NCBI GenBank assembly: GCA_009602725.1
Contig: WELB01000002.1
Location: forward strand, 1,086,956 to 1,150,955
Length of the DNA: 64,000 nucleotides
Source: Spirogloea muscicola
Lineage: Eukaryota
Direction of reading: 5' to 3'
In this document: positions 1 through 11,636 of the stretch, one piece after another
Position numbering within the stretch: the first letter of the stretch is position 1
How the letters are laid out: every line of letters starts with the position of its first letter
Program-made: the position numbers and the translations under genes
Notes under the pieces: model-generated
What the model saw: the letters and a program-made list of their open reading frames with translations, nothing else
The model's database searches: none
What the model was told of the DNA's origin: nothing

Positions 1-530
1 TGGAGCGGCATGACGCCGGAGTGCTCCGCTGCCACCGCGAAGCCAGCCTCCACCAGGATGCTGTGCATCGCGTCCCGGAGGCGGTCGTGGGCCGCCGTCC
101 TCTCGCCGCCATGGGAACAGCGCAGGACGTGAGCAGCCAGCTCGCCAGGCTTGGCCCCTCGCTCGCCACACTGGCATTGACGCACGCCCTGGAGGCATGG
201 AGGCGGCAGCCCCAGGAGCCGGTGGACGGCAGTGCGAAACACCTCATCTGGGAGGGTCAGGGCGTCAGTGATGGGGAGTGCCTGGAGCCACGCACGCCCT
301 GGAGGGACGAGAGGGCTTCCCGCGTGGCCTCAGTCGCCGGCGCCAACACCGAATCATCGAGCGCCTGGACGGCTCTTGAGAGCTCCCCGGCATGGCCATA
401 CCGGAGAGCGTGGCGGACACTGGCCGCCCTGTCAGACGAAGGCGCTGTCTGCGAAGTGCGGCGGCCTGCCGAGGCTGCAGCCACTGCAGCGTCGTGCCGC
501 GCCAAGAGCTCCTCCCATCGCCCGCACTCA
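1..530 (-). mobile_element. Internally deleted CRE-like non-LTR retrotransposon fragment (pre-RT segment fused to zinc-knuckle/RLE segment); continues off the window edge
   Basis: 1-290 is the reverse complement of ~29927-30217, with identical ORF-track translation. 295-530 encodes HAGELSRAVQALDDSVLAPATEATREALSSL, resembling the segment just upstream of the RT in CRE-clade elements. Confidence 0.8.
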
Positions 531-539
531 AAGAGGTAG

Positions 540-2260
540 ATGGGCCAACACAGCTGTTCACAGTCAATCTGGCCGCGCTTCCCCCTCACAGCCCGTGCCC
601 CCTTGAGGAAGAGTGCTCGTCCTTTTGGAAGAGCTTTCGGACAAACACCTTATACCGATTCTTTTCGGGCTGGCTTTTCGTAGCTCCTTGGTTCCCTGTG
701 GGCTTTGTCGCTTTCTCTGGCCTTCTCCCAGCCACCGTCCTGGAAGCGTCCTTCTGGAAATTGTCCATTCTTTTTGGGCTGGCTTTGCCAGCCGCTCTTC
801 TACAAGGGCGAGCAGTTACTTTCTTTCTCCCCTTTTTTCCACAGCCCTCGCCCCCTTTTTTCTGAGCAGCCATCTGCATCTCCCTCTGCACCGTCTTGCA
901 CTTTGTAGTGTAGTCCTTTTTCAGCACCTCTTTCTTTGGCTTTGAACATCGTCCATTCTTTTTGGGTTGGCTTTGCCAGCCCCTCTTCTCAATGGGCGAG
1001 CACCTTCTTCTTTTGGAAGGAAGTGCTCGCCCTTCTGCCAGGGGCGCTGCCCGGCTTCAACGCCGCCGGTTCGTTAGCCCAGGTCTTCAAAATGCGCCTG
1101 GCGGTATCGTTCCAACGATCCCTTGCCCACGCCGTCCACACGCGAGCGGGACGTGCTCTGGCTGTCTGGGTCTCAGCGGAGTGCCTCCTTCCCTGCCACG
1201 AGCTACTCCGACCTGATGTTGCTCACTCGCGGGTACTGAGCTTCCCTGGTGCGTTGTCGTGTTTGCTAGTGTAGTCCTTTTTCGGCACCTCTTTCTTTGG
1301 CTTTGGACATTGTCCATTCTTTTTGGGCTGGCTTTGTCAGCCCTCTTCTCTATGGGTAAGCACTTCTCTCTTTTGGAAGAGCTCACTCACCTCCGAACCT
1401 TTGTCGATTCTTTTCGTGCTGGCTTTTCACAGCCCTTGCCCCCATTCCTACGTTTGTTTCAAATACATAATATCCTCTATTGGGAGTGCCACTTCTCTCT
1501 CCCTCTCTGCCGCACCTTGAACCTTTGTCAACTTCTTTCGGGCTGGCTTTTCACAGCCCTTTGCCCCATTGGGAGAACCACTTCTTCTCTGCCGCGCCTT
1601 TGCTGCTGCCTTCGGGTCCGACAGGTCGATGCTTCTCCGCCCTCAAGTCATTTCGATCTGCAAGGCGAGGTGAGCAGGCTGACTTCAACGCCGCTGGCTC
1701 GTTGGCCCAAGTCTACTGTATGCGCCTGTCCATCTCCCTTCAGCGGTCCATGGCACACGCCTTGCACCTGCGTGCTGGCCGTGCTCCCGCTGTAGCATCT
1801 AGCTTTCGTCAGGGGGATTGTTGATTGTTTTCCGGCAGCTAGTCTGTCGGATTTGGGGCTCCTCCCTCGAAGTTCTCAAGTGGTTCATTTTGCCCCGGCT
1901 CTGAGCTAGCGCTTATGGCCCCTTTGTAGTTTGGCCCCTTCGAACCTTGTCAACCTTTCGGGTTGACTTATCACAGCCCTTGACCCCATCAGAGAGAATT
2001 GGCACTCCCAATGGGGGCAAGGGCTGTGAAAAGCCAGCCCGAAAAGAAAGGTTCGAAGAGGCCAAAAACGCTTAGCAGCTACGAAGGGGCCTGAAGAAGT
2101 GGCACTCCCAATGGGGGCAAGGGCTGCGAAAAGCCAGCCCTGAAGAAGCTATGTCAGAACGGGGGGAGGATGGAGCACTCAATAGTTGCGAGTGAGGAGC
2201 CTTAAATCCGACAGACTAGCTGCCGGAAAACAATTCCCCTGACGAAAAACTATCCCCCTG
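540..2260. mobile_element. Nest of retroelement 3'-end fragments in both orientations (C-terminal coding pieces plus hairpin-bearing 3' UTRs)
   Basis: AAGSLAQV..MRL..S.QRS.A.A.H.RAGRA at 1056-1160 and 1680-1795. SDLMLLTRGY* ends at 1239; a minus-strand LTRNY* ends at 2179. About 10 GGGCTGG..CAGCC hairpin modules. 872-1010 is nearly identical to the reverse complement of 28815-28953. Confidence 0.8.
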
Positions 2261-2509
2261 GCCCTCGCCCAAGCTTCTGATAGAGGCGCACAATCCAAAC
2301 TGGCTACGGCAGTGGAAGACGAGCGCCGCAGAAGGTTGACGAGGCTGCCAGAGATTCAGAACAATCCAAGGAGGCCTGGCAAGACTTACTTCTCTAGCCA
2401 CACCTGGTGCCACCGACTGGATAACCTCACACGCCATCGCCAACGCCTTCAGCATCAGCATCAGCCGAGGCCTGTCGGACGTCGCTTCAACTCTTCCTCG
2501 GCCTCCCAC

Positions 2510-3890
2510 CTAACTGCCTGTGTGAGTGTGCGCCAGTGTGAGTGCGGCTTCCGTGCAGAGGATGCCGAGCTCGCCACTCACATGCTGAGATGCCCCACTG
2601 GACCAGAAGTGAAGGGCATCCACAACCTCCTCCGCGATGCCCTGGCGGGCTTGATACGCGACGCCGGCTACCGTGCGGTTATGGAAGTCAACGATATGAT
2701 GCCTATCACCACGGACGCACAGGGACGTCATCATCGCCGGACACTTGACATTGTGGGCGTGCAACCTGGTGAAGGACCACGGGCCTTGGTCGATGTCGTT
2801 GTTACGGAGGCGTATAAAGGTCCAGCATCGACACCCATCGCTGGTCACGCAGTGGGCGGTACAGAACAAACAAAGTTGCGGCACTACTCTGATTACCCCC
2901 AATGCGATCAGCTCCTGCCAGCGGCAGTCGACATCTTTGGCTGTCCGGGTCCTCGCTTCCACACACTTCTCCAGAATATTGCCAATTTAGGCTACACACG
3001 TCGTGCAGATGTGTTTCCAGCTGAGATGGGCTTGCCAGCTGCATGTCTGTCGTGCTTGCGACAACGAGTATCGGCTTGTTTGCAGCGTTCTGCGGCGATG
3101 GAGGTGTCCGGCATCATTCCAATCTCCTCAAGGCGCAGCAAGCCACACATGCGGCGTCTGGACGTGGTCGCACCCCCCGGGGCGGTGGACCTCGTCTGCT
3201 CCTGGACGTGGTACTGATCGACGCGTACAAGGCTGGCGCACCCACGTCCACCGTGTCTGGCTGGGCCACGTCCAGCGCGGAGCGCAAGAAGGAGCGACAC
3301 TACCAGGACCATCCCCGAGGGGACCATCTTTATCCGTGTACCATGGATATCTACGGAGGCTACGGCGTAAAATGGTCCTCCCTGATCCAGCATCTGGCCC
3401 GGCTGGTTGATGCACGTCGTCGAAGTCGGGGGGGCAGCTTGGGCCACTCCAGCATTCCGCAGGACTTAGTTGCATATCATAGAATGCGGCTCTCACTTAG
3501 TTTGCAGCGCTCGCAAGCATTGGCTTTTCATCAACGTGCAGGGCGCGCTTTAAGTCAGGCCTCTGGCTTTCGTGGCAGCGCTCCAGCTCCCCAAGTTAGC
3601 TTGTCGGATTTTTTGTGCTCACCCGTGGGTACTGATGTCACCTTAGGCACCTTGATCTCGGTTTCCGTATTATGTAGCCCTGTTTAATTTGCCCTAGACT
3701 CTTCCTGAACAATGTATCGGCTTGAATTGGCCCCCATTTCATTTCATGCGCCCCGCGCGCCTTCTCCCAGGCTAATGCTTTGCACCAGAAAGCTGGGGGA
3801 GCTCTAGTTGGTGGCAGAAGGGCTTCATATCTGACATCTAGTATTCAGGCATCGATTAGTGACCTTTATGTTTTGACCCGTGGTTACTGA
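2510..3890 (+). mobile_element. CRE-like subfamily 'B' RLE fragment (2510-3090 plus 3767-3890) interrupted by a nested subfamily 'C' fragment (3091-3766)
   Basis: B has a CECG..H..RC knuckle, HNLLRD, LDIV..LVDVVVT and KLRHY, breaks at CLQRS, and resumes as QANALHQKAG..SDLYVLTRGY* (3890). C has RRLDVV, LLLDVVL, KKERHY, MRLSLSLQRSQ and VLTRGY* (3635, with frameshifts) followed by its UTR. Confidence 0.8.
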
Positions 3891-4760
3891 GCGGGTCAAT
3901 ATGCTGAAGGTTAAGTAGGTCTATAGATGTGCTTGCCTTTGTACTTAGCCATTTGGCCCCTCGTTTGTTCAAATACACAAAATTGGCCTGACGAAAGCTG
4001 GAGGCCGCAGCGAGAGCATGGCCAGCACGCAGGTGCTAGGCTTGGGGCCATGGACCGCTGAAGGGAGACTGACAATCTCATACGATAGACTTGGGCCCAC
4101 GAGCCAGCGGCGTTAGTCAGCCGGCTCACCGCGCCCATTGTGAGAGCCACTTTCTTCAATCTGCACCTTGCTGACTAGAGGTTATTCAGCGTCCATCTGA
4201 AAAAGTCACTATCGTGGTGTTAAGATCTGAAAGGGCTGAAAGGCGCAAAAAGCATGAGATTAACTTTAATGCAACAGCAACTCGAGTGGCCAATGTGCTC
4301 AATATCCCCTGATGAGCAGCCGCAGCCGTAGCCGCCGCCCGTGTTCGGCGCCTCCTGGCTCCCCAGGGTCTCGGCGGAGTGCCGCTTTTCCTGCTTCGAG
4401 TTATTCTGATCTGCTGTTGCTCACTCGTGGATACTGAGCTTCCATCTGCATCATTACGTGTCTTGGTGTGTAGTTTTCTCTTTTCCGGCACCGCTTTGTG
4501 GCCGTTGAAGGTCTGCGGTCATTGTCCATTCCTTTCTTGGCTGGCTTTGCTAGCCCCTCTCTTTCTATGGGCGAGCCATTTCTTCTTCCTGGCTCCCCGC
4601 TCTTTGGAGCTACTTGATTTCTGTATACTTTAGCGAAAGTTCTTTGGCCCCTTCGAACTTTGTACATCTTTTCTCTGGGCTGGCCTCGCTCTGGCACCGC
4701 CTTTTCTATTCTCAGACCTTGTACAACTCTTTTGGCTGGCCTCTCACAGCTATTGGAAGC
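3891..4760. mobile_element. Further retroelement remnants: B-type UTR, an inverted C-terminal fragment (3985-4135), SYSDLLLLTRGY* (stop 4437) with UTR and hairpin modules
   Basis: Minus ORF 3911-4159 contains AAGSWAQVYRMRLSVSLQRSMA. Hairpin modules at ~4539, ~4677 and ~4733. Confidence 0.7.
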
Positions 4761-6232
4761 AAGCGCAACAACAGCTCCTGCGCTTACCGGCCTATCGTCG
4801 CGCCGGTCAGTTGAACGGCGGCGGATCCGAAGGTGCCATGCCACTGGCTGCCGCCAGGATGCGCCACCGCCCAGACAGCCGCAGGCAACGACGGGGGAAT
4901 GAAGGAAGACAGCGCGGCCAGATTGCGATCGCCGCCGCCCGTTCGCTTCGGTCGTACGCGGCCGGGCCATCAGGTCGACGTTGGAGCACCCCTGCCGACT
5001 GGGTTCATCGTCAAACCCAGAGACGAAGACGCCACCACGCTCCTGGCCCGTCGCTCAGCAGTCAGCTTCTGCCATGGGCACTGTGAAGTGGCCGACCAAG
5101 AACAATATTGGACAAGCTTAAGAGGATGCCTTAAAACGAACGCGTGCACCATTCAGCAAAGTGCAAAATGTGTAGTACAACCAGGGGATTTGCGTTGGGC
5201 TCTACCAGCCTATCTGTGATTGGGCTGCTATTTTGCGGCTGCTGAGCTTTCGAAGTAGTCATTTTTCGCCCCACCCTCGCCCCCACCGTCGCTCCCTATG
5301 CTGCTCACTTCAATATTCGCTTCGGACTAGGCCTCCCTCAAAGTTGACACGCAAATGTGATCCAGGTCGGCATTGTAATAGTACTGGCGCAGTGAAGGCT
5401 ACCCTTTTGCAGGACACAGCCAGCACAAAACGTGCTATCAATCCGTCACCATATCACGCATTGCCACATGTGACCATGTTGTCCACGACAGAGATGTCAC
5501 CTTGAAAGCTGTCGAAGGGCGCCACCGCAGCACAGATCTAGTGCCTTGGTCAGTGAGGGCTCCTGCAGTGTCGTGATAGCGGCCAAGCACGTGTCGGCTT
5601 GAGGAGATGAATAATTGGCTCCAACAGTACCAAAGCAGACACCCTGCTGACACATCCTGATGTATTTCTTGAATCGCATGTATGCAACTGCAAGTACGTC
5701 CTGCCAGTTCGCCAGCATGAAAAGTTTGCCTCACTATCAGCTCCGCCTGATTCAAAACCTGGAGGCAGAATGTTGCAAGCAGGGAGTATCGCCTCCTCTT
5801 TGTGTGAACCCACTAATGCAGATCTAGAAGCGTCACAGAAGTAGAGTCACGGCCAGCATGTTCATGTCGATGCTTGCACTGCGAGATATTTGAAGCTGAG
5901 GGCTTGTCCACATTGTCAGCATCGCTACTGCCTGTTTGATAAGTTCCGGAAGTGGCTCATCCACAAGCAATCAATGTGATCAAATGTGTGGTCTAAGAAT
6001 TTATACCACTGCTTTCTCAGACGAATAGACTCGTGCTGCAAGAGTTCCGATTAGAAGGGGAAGTCCTCAAGGGGCTCTCAATCTTGCGCATGGCTAATAT
6101 ACCAGACGCTTTCCCACTGGGGCAGCGTGGTCTTGGTCGTCCAAGGTGTCACCCTTTATCTAGCCCAGAGGCCTACTGCAGGCCTTCCCTGGTCAAGGGG
6201 TTTAAGACTTCGAAACCCCTTGGCTGGCGGCC

Positions 6233-9200
6233 ATGGCGGCGGCGACGGTGGCGCCGGCGGCCGCCGCGACGGTGGCCGCAGCTGGCGATGCGGCCTTCCA
6301 GAAGCTGCCGCGACGGAAGCTCGGCTTGGCTTCTCCAGCCACGGCGGCTCGACGCTGCCCCGATGCCCATCGCCGGCTCCGATGGGCTGCGCACCGCACC
6401 GCCGGCCTCGGCCAGCCCCGCCTCGCCGCCGCGCCGCTGCCCCGCAGAGTCCCAATGCTGTGAGCACCAGACGCCACTTACTTTCGTCACGGGCCTGGTG
6501 TTAGAGGAATCCAGCGTTGCCTCCTGCATGCAGTTATACTCTCGTGCCTAAAACTCACAGCAGAGTCGTCGGTCAAACGTACGCTGAGCCCTCTGCTGCG
6601 GTCGCCTCCGGCAGATCGCCGACACGTGCAGCGGCGACGGACTCGCCAGTGGGCACGCTGGAACTGGATGTCGTGGAGACGTTGCAGCCGAATTCGAGAG
6701 TGAGTCCCGGCCATGATGTTTACGGCAAACAGAGACTGGAATTGAGCTGCCTTTGCTGACGCTCAATGCTGTCTCGAGATAGCGACCTGCCACTTCCTGT
6801 CGCTCAAATGTAGACACCATTCCCGCTTGGGCTTTGCCGCTTGGGCTTTGCCGCTTGGGCTTGTTATTGAATAGAGGGTGGTTGTCAGCGCTGCGCGCAA
6901 CAGTAGGCCGAAGGAGGGTCTTGCAGTAACCGCTGAATTGCGAAAGCAATGATGCTGTGCCCGCAGATACGTCTTGATGTGACTGTTCCGTCCAAGGTCT
7001 GCCGCGACATGTATGACGGCATCCTCAAGGAGTTTAGTAAACAAGCAAAGGTATGGTTTCACAACGTGATCAGCGCAGGTTGGAGCAGTATCGTGCAGAT
7101 TAGGCACACTCGAAAATATTTATCATCTCGACGGGGTCAAGCTTAGCCAGCCCCTCAATACAATGCTTGCCGCCCTGGTCCGCACTATGATTATCCTGTC
7201 CAAGCCGTATTTGGCACCTAAGCACTTGTGTGCTGTACAGATCAAGTCATATACTGTCATTCTTTGAAGTTGTGTTGGGCTCCTTTGCCTGCCTTTTTTG
7301 GTGCAGATCCCCGGATTCAGGCCCGGGAAGAGGATACCTGAGCAGGTGCTGACCAACTACTACGGACAGACGGCGCTCAACTCGGCCTCGGTGGAGGCCG
7401 TCCTCAAGGCCAGCTTGCCTGAAGCCATGTCATCGGTGATTCCCAACAACAACAACAACAATAACAGTCTGCTATATGCAGAGCTGGACAGCCCAGCTGC
7501 AACTGATTTCCTCACCGCTTTGAGGCTTCCTCAGTATGAAGAGGCCTCAAGAACTGGGAGATGGCTGATGTGACCAGGGAGACTCGCCAAGAATGTTACG
7601 AGCAGCATATGACCTGAATACGGTCGGTTTTGCTGATACGTTCATGCATGGTGCACTGACGATGCACCGCCCGTGCAGGTGGCTGGCCGGGCCTTGAAGG
7701 AGTCTGAGCACATCGTGAGCAAGTGGGACGACCTGTGTGCGGCATTCTCACCATCAGAGCCTCTCAGGTATTTGCAAGCAGGACTTTTGCCATGGATTTT
7801 CCGCTGCTCCTTGAACGGCCTCAGTGCTGCGCATTGAATCACCGTCTCATCAAGGTGGTTGCTCCTGCCGCAGCTTTGCTGTGGCAGTGGATATTGCTCC
7901 TGAAGTGAAGTGGGTTAGTGAAAAGGCATATGCAAACCTTACCGTCCAAGTACCATACCAGGAGGTAACAGTGGAAGCAGCTGTAGATGATGAGCTCCGA
8001 TCACGAGTGAAGGACTTGGGGTCCTTGGCTGTAGCTACGACTTCGGGCCTCCAGGTGCGCCGATGGCGTGGAGGGTCAAGCAGCTGCAAACTGTCATCGT
8101 CTGCTGCTGAAGCTCAGGTCATGAGCCTTTGCTGACTGCGTGTGACCAAGGGCTGGATCAGATGGGCAACGTTGCTATCATTGACATCTCTGCCACGCGG
8201 ATCAATGACGACGGGACTGCTGGCGAGAAGATCCTCTCTGCCGAGCAGAAAGGTGAGCATTTCACATTTGCTAGTTCTTATCGACATGTGCCGCTGGCTT
8301 CAAGTAGATGTCAAAGCATAGGCTCAGCTGCAAAAGCTGGGTGTTGTAGGTCAGTGAGTGCTCAGGTGCCTGCATGCTGCATCAAGCGCAGCAGCTGAGC
8401 CTATGCTGGCCCTGATTTTAGGCTTTCAGCTTGACACGGAGGATCTGAGGTTCCTCTTGCCCGGGTTCGTGGAGGCCCTCCTTGGCCTGGAAAGGGGTGA
8501 AAGCCGGACATTCGACCTGAGCTTCCCAGACACATGGCAGCAGGAAGCTCTCCGAGGTTTGCCAGCGCGGTTTACTGTACGAACCCAAAATCCCCTCACT
8601 TAGCAGGTCTGCCATTCAATCAGCTTCATGATGGGTGGCATACATGCCCGCCTTGGTCAACTTCTCTTCTCCACTAGGCCGATAGCTCGACCAATTGTCA
8701 GCTGAGGTCGTGCTTGGTCGTCCCTCATCTCTTCGAAGTCACAAAGAGCAGCCTTGTGCTTGGGTTTGGGCATGTCCCTTTGTACCAGGTTTGTTGCTAC
8801 AAGCAGCACATGTCAAGCTACACACAGGAAGCATCCCGCAGAATGAGGAATTTGACTGGTAAAAGCTGTGAACTGCCAGGCACATTGTAAGGAGTTATTT
8901 GTAAGGATCCTACCGGAGTTGAATGATGAATTGGCTCCAAAGCTGGTGGAAGGGGCCACCACACTTGATCAGGTGTGTAGCAGCTACCCACAACTAACAA
9001 CTTGGCATGTGCTGGCAAACGACACAATGTTGCTTGCGAGCCATGACTTCTTGTAGGACGTCGGTGACCTAGCCACTGACATGGAGGTCAGAAGCAATGT
9101 AAGCTTGCAGGTCCGTAGCTCAGACATCTGCCACCAATACGTATTAGTTGGGCCTCAATCGTGGCGTGTAGACTTATCATGCCCATTACACCCTTGCTAT

Positions 9201-10678
9201 TGGAAGTTACCTGATAACAGCTCTACTGGATCATGGATGCATGTTGCTGTAGGTCAGGGAGGTGCTGTTTCTGAAATATCGCAATGAAGGAGAGAGGGCT
9301 AAGCGGGCTGCAACGCAAGAAGCGCTAATGAGCGAGCTGGCAAAGGTCTGTCCACCCATGCTTAACCTGTCCTCTGCTTCGGCGCCTGGATCACTCAGCT
9401 ACTTGACACCACTTGCTTGCCTCTTAGCCTGCAGTTGCCTGAGAATCTCACCTTGGTCACAGAGCTTGTCTGACAGAAGCTCAAGCCTTTTAGGTTGTTT
9501 GTTGTGGTGGTCAGGTTACCATCATCGACGTCCCAAATTCGTTGCTGGAAGAGCAGGGCCGGCAGCTGTATGCTGCTAAGCTCATCGAGTTGCAGGTTGG
9601 TCAACACAATTGCCTGCTGTCATTCTGCTGTGCTTGGTCCGGAGATGAGGGCTGCCTTCATAGCTGCAAAATTTACTTAAATCTGCAGCATAGCCCTTTT
9701 TGTTCCACCTTATGAGAGGGTGGAAACAGATATTTGTATCTCAACCACAGCCTTGTCAGATGTTGATGGATGGCATGACGATGGCATGACAACAACCCTG
9801 TTGGCAGGCAAGCGGTAGGATGACTAAGGAGCAGGTGACATCACTGTCAAGCCAAGAGATGGTCAACAACTACCTCCGTGCACAGAAAGACATGATCACT
9901 AATGTTGTGAAGCAGACGCTTGCTGTAGCAGAGATCTACAAGCTTGAGACATTGAGTGTACGCTTTCCTGGCACTCTCGTCATCTTGCAATTGCTATCAG
10001 TTCGATCTAAGATGGTGCACGATCTGTAGGAGGGACATGTTGGATTGAGATTAGTACTCTAGTGCTTGGGTCACTCTACATAGCAGATTAGCAGGCCAGC
10101 AATTTGGCTGCTCATTGATCCTGGTGTCCACTATGCAATGACAATCTCATGCACACGCAAATGTCAGCCTCCACAAATGTGGAGCAACCTGCCTATGTTG
10201 ACTAGTGTGCTGCGGCAATCTCTCTGCATCTTTAGTACTGCTGAGCGGAGATCTCTGCATTGGCTTTGCTCCACTGTAGTGATGATGCTTGGCATGGTTT
10301 TGCTGTCTATGGTGATAGTTCGCAGAAGAGGAGCTGAAAGCCGAGATTGAGAATGCAACGGAGGAGTTCAAGCGGTATAACCAAGAATATGATGAGAGCC
10401 GGTTGCAAGAACAGGTATCTCATTTTCAGCATCTGATTACTATCCTTGCAGGAAACAGCAGAGGCGCTTGTGTCAAGCTAAACTTACATGAGTCGCCTGT
10501 GCGTATGAAGTCTTCAAGCTGGTTTCCTGGGTTGTAATTGTGAACGTCAGTTCTGCATACTAGGATGATAGAAGCACTGACGATTGCACCTGTTGTGCTG
10601 GCGCAGGCCACTGAGATGCTCGAGGGAGCTAAGGTCCTCGAATGGCTCTTGGAGCATGCCACAATTACTTATGCTTAG
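6233..10678 (+). CDS. TIG: Chloroplast trigger factor (multi-exon, about 14 exons)
   Basis: Ala/Arg-rich transit-like exon 1 (6233-6458). Later exons: IRLDVTVP..AK (6967-7050), IPGFRPGK ribosome-binding signature (7308-7435), VDIAPEVKW, LPGFVEALLG..FPDTW, KELFVRILPELNDELA, LLEEQGRQLYAAKLIELQ, LEGAKVLEWL..ITYA* (TAG 10676-10678). Confidence 0.92.
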
Positions 10679-11636
10679 TCGACATGCCTCTCCTGCCCAT
10701 GAATCAGTCTGTACTTCTGAAACTTATTTATGTAGAGGTATTGAGCTTAGGGTCTGGTCAAGCAGTCCAGTCGCATTCTTGCATGCTCGCTTCCAACTTA
10801 GGGTGTTGAGCAGATTAATGCACCTTGTGCACGGCAGTCAATCCTAAGTGTTCGAGCACGTTCCACCACAGGACGTTTAATTTGCAATGAGAGATACAGC
10901 TCCAGGCACGTATGGATAACATTGTACCAAAGCAAGGCTTGGCATATTCTTCCCGTGTCTGTTGTTACTTTCTTGCAACACAGACGGGCTGAAGTAAATC
11001 AGTGGGTGAGATACACGCTGCAAGTAAGGAAGCATGCAGTATACGATTGTCAGGTAGCTGGTTGCCTTCATGGCAACAGATATGGGCGTGCAGACCTCTT
11101 CAGCCTCGTGCATGACAAAAAGAGCCCATAGAAGGTTTGAATAATCTTGCACGAGGTTCATCAGATGAACGCGTGCGCTGGCCTTGCTGTCCTAGCATGT
11201 GGGATCGCGCAGCCTCTGAGTGCTTAGGGGCTCGCTGCATCACAGCACTGCCGGCTGATTGGCAGGTCGGACAGTGGCAGCCCGAACATGCCCTGAAATA
11301 GCAGCAGCATCGGAACACCTACACAATCTATCGGATGTCACAGTCAAGCCCCTCGTCTGCCTCATCTGCCAGAAGGAGCGTCAGCCGCACCAGGCGAGGG
11401 TAACAACACTTAGGTTGCGGGCTAGTCCACTCCGCCTGGCCCTCTTGGCCACGCGCCCCCACTTACCTAAAAGAGGTCCACCGACACAGGACATATGGGA
11501 AAGCCGCTGGGCAATGCCGCCAATGAGCGTATCGCATGCCAACCGCCCCATGACTCCTCGTCATGCTGCGCCTTGGAGCCTCACTGGTCTGGCAATGCTG
11601 GCCCAACACGCCTCCCCAACCTCAGTGAAGACCTGC

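Noticed and set aside
540..2260. CRISPR-like array suggested by repeated palindromes with variable spacers
   Set aside because: Irregular spacing, mixed orientation, spacers are themselves retroelement pieces, no cas genes, eukaryotic context.
4760..6100. ORFs 4833-5219 and 5497-5718
   Set aside because: No recognisable motifs or convincing exon chain; left unannotated.
6823..6862. 14-bp tandem repeat CCGCTTGGGCTTTG (about 3 copies) in a TIG intron
   Set aside because: Simple minisatellite; only superficially similar to the retroelement hairpin and lacks the CAGCC arm.
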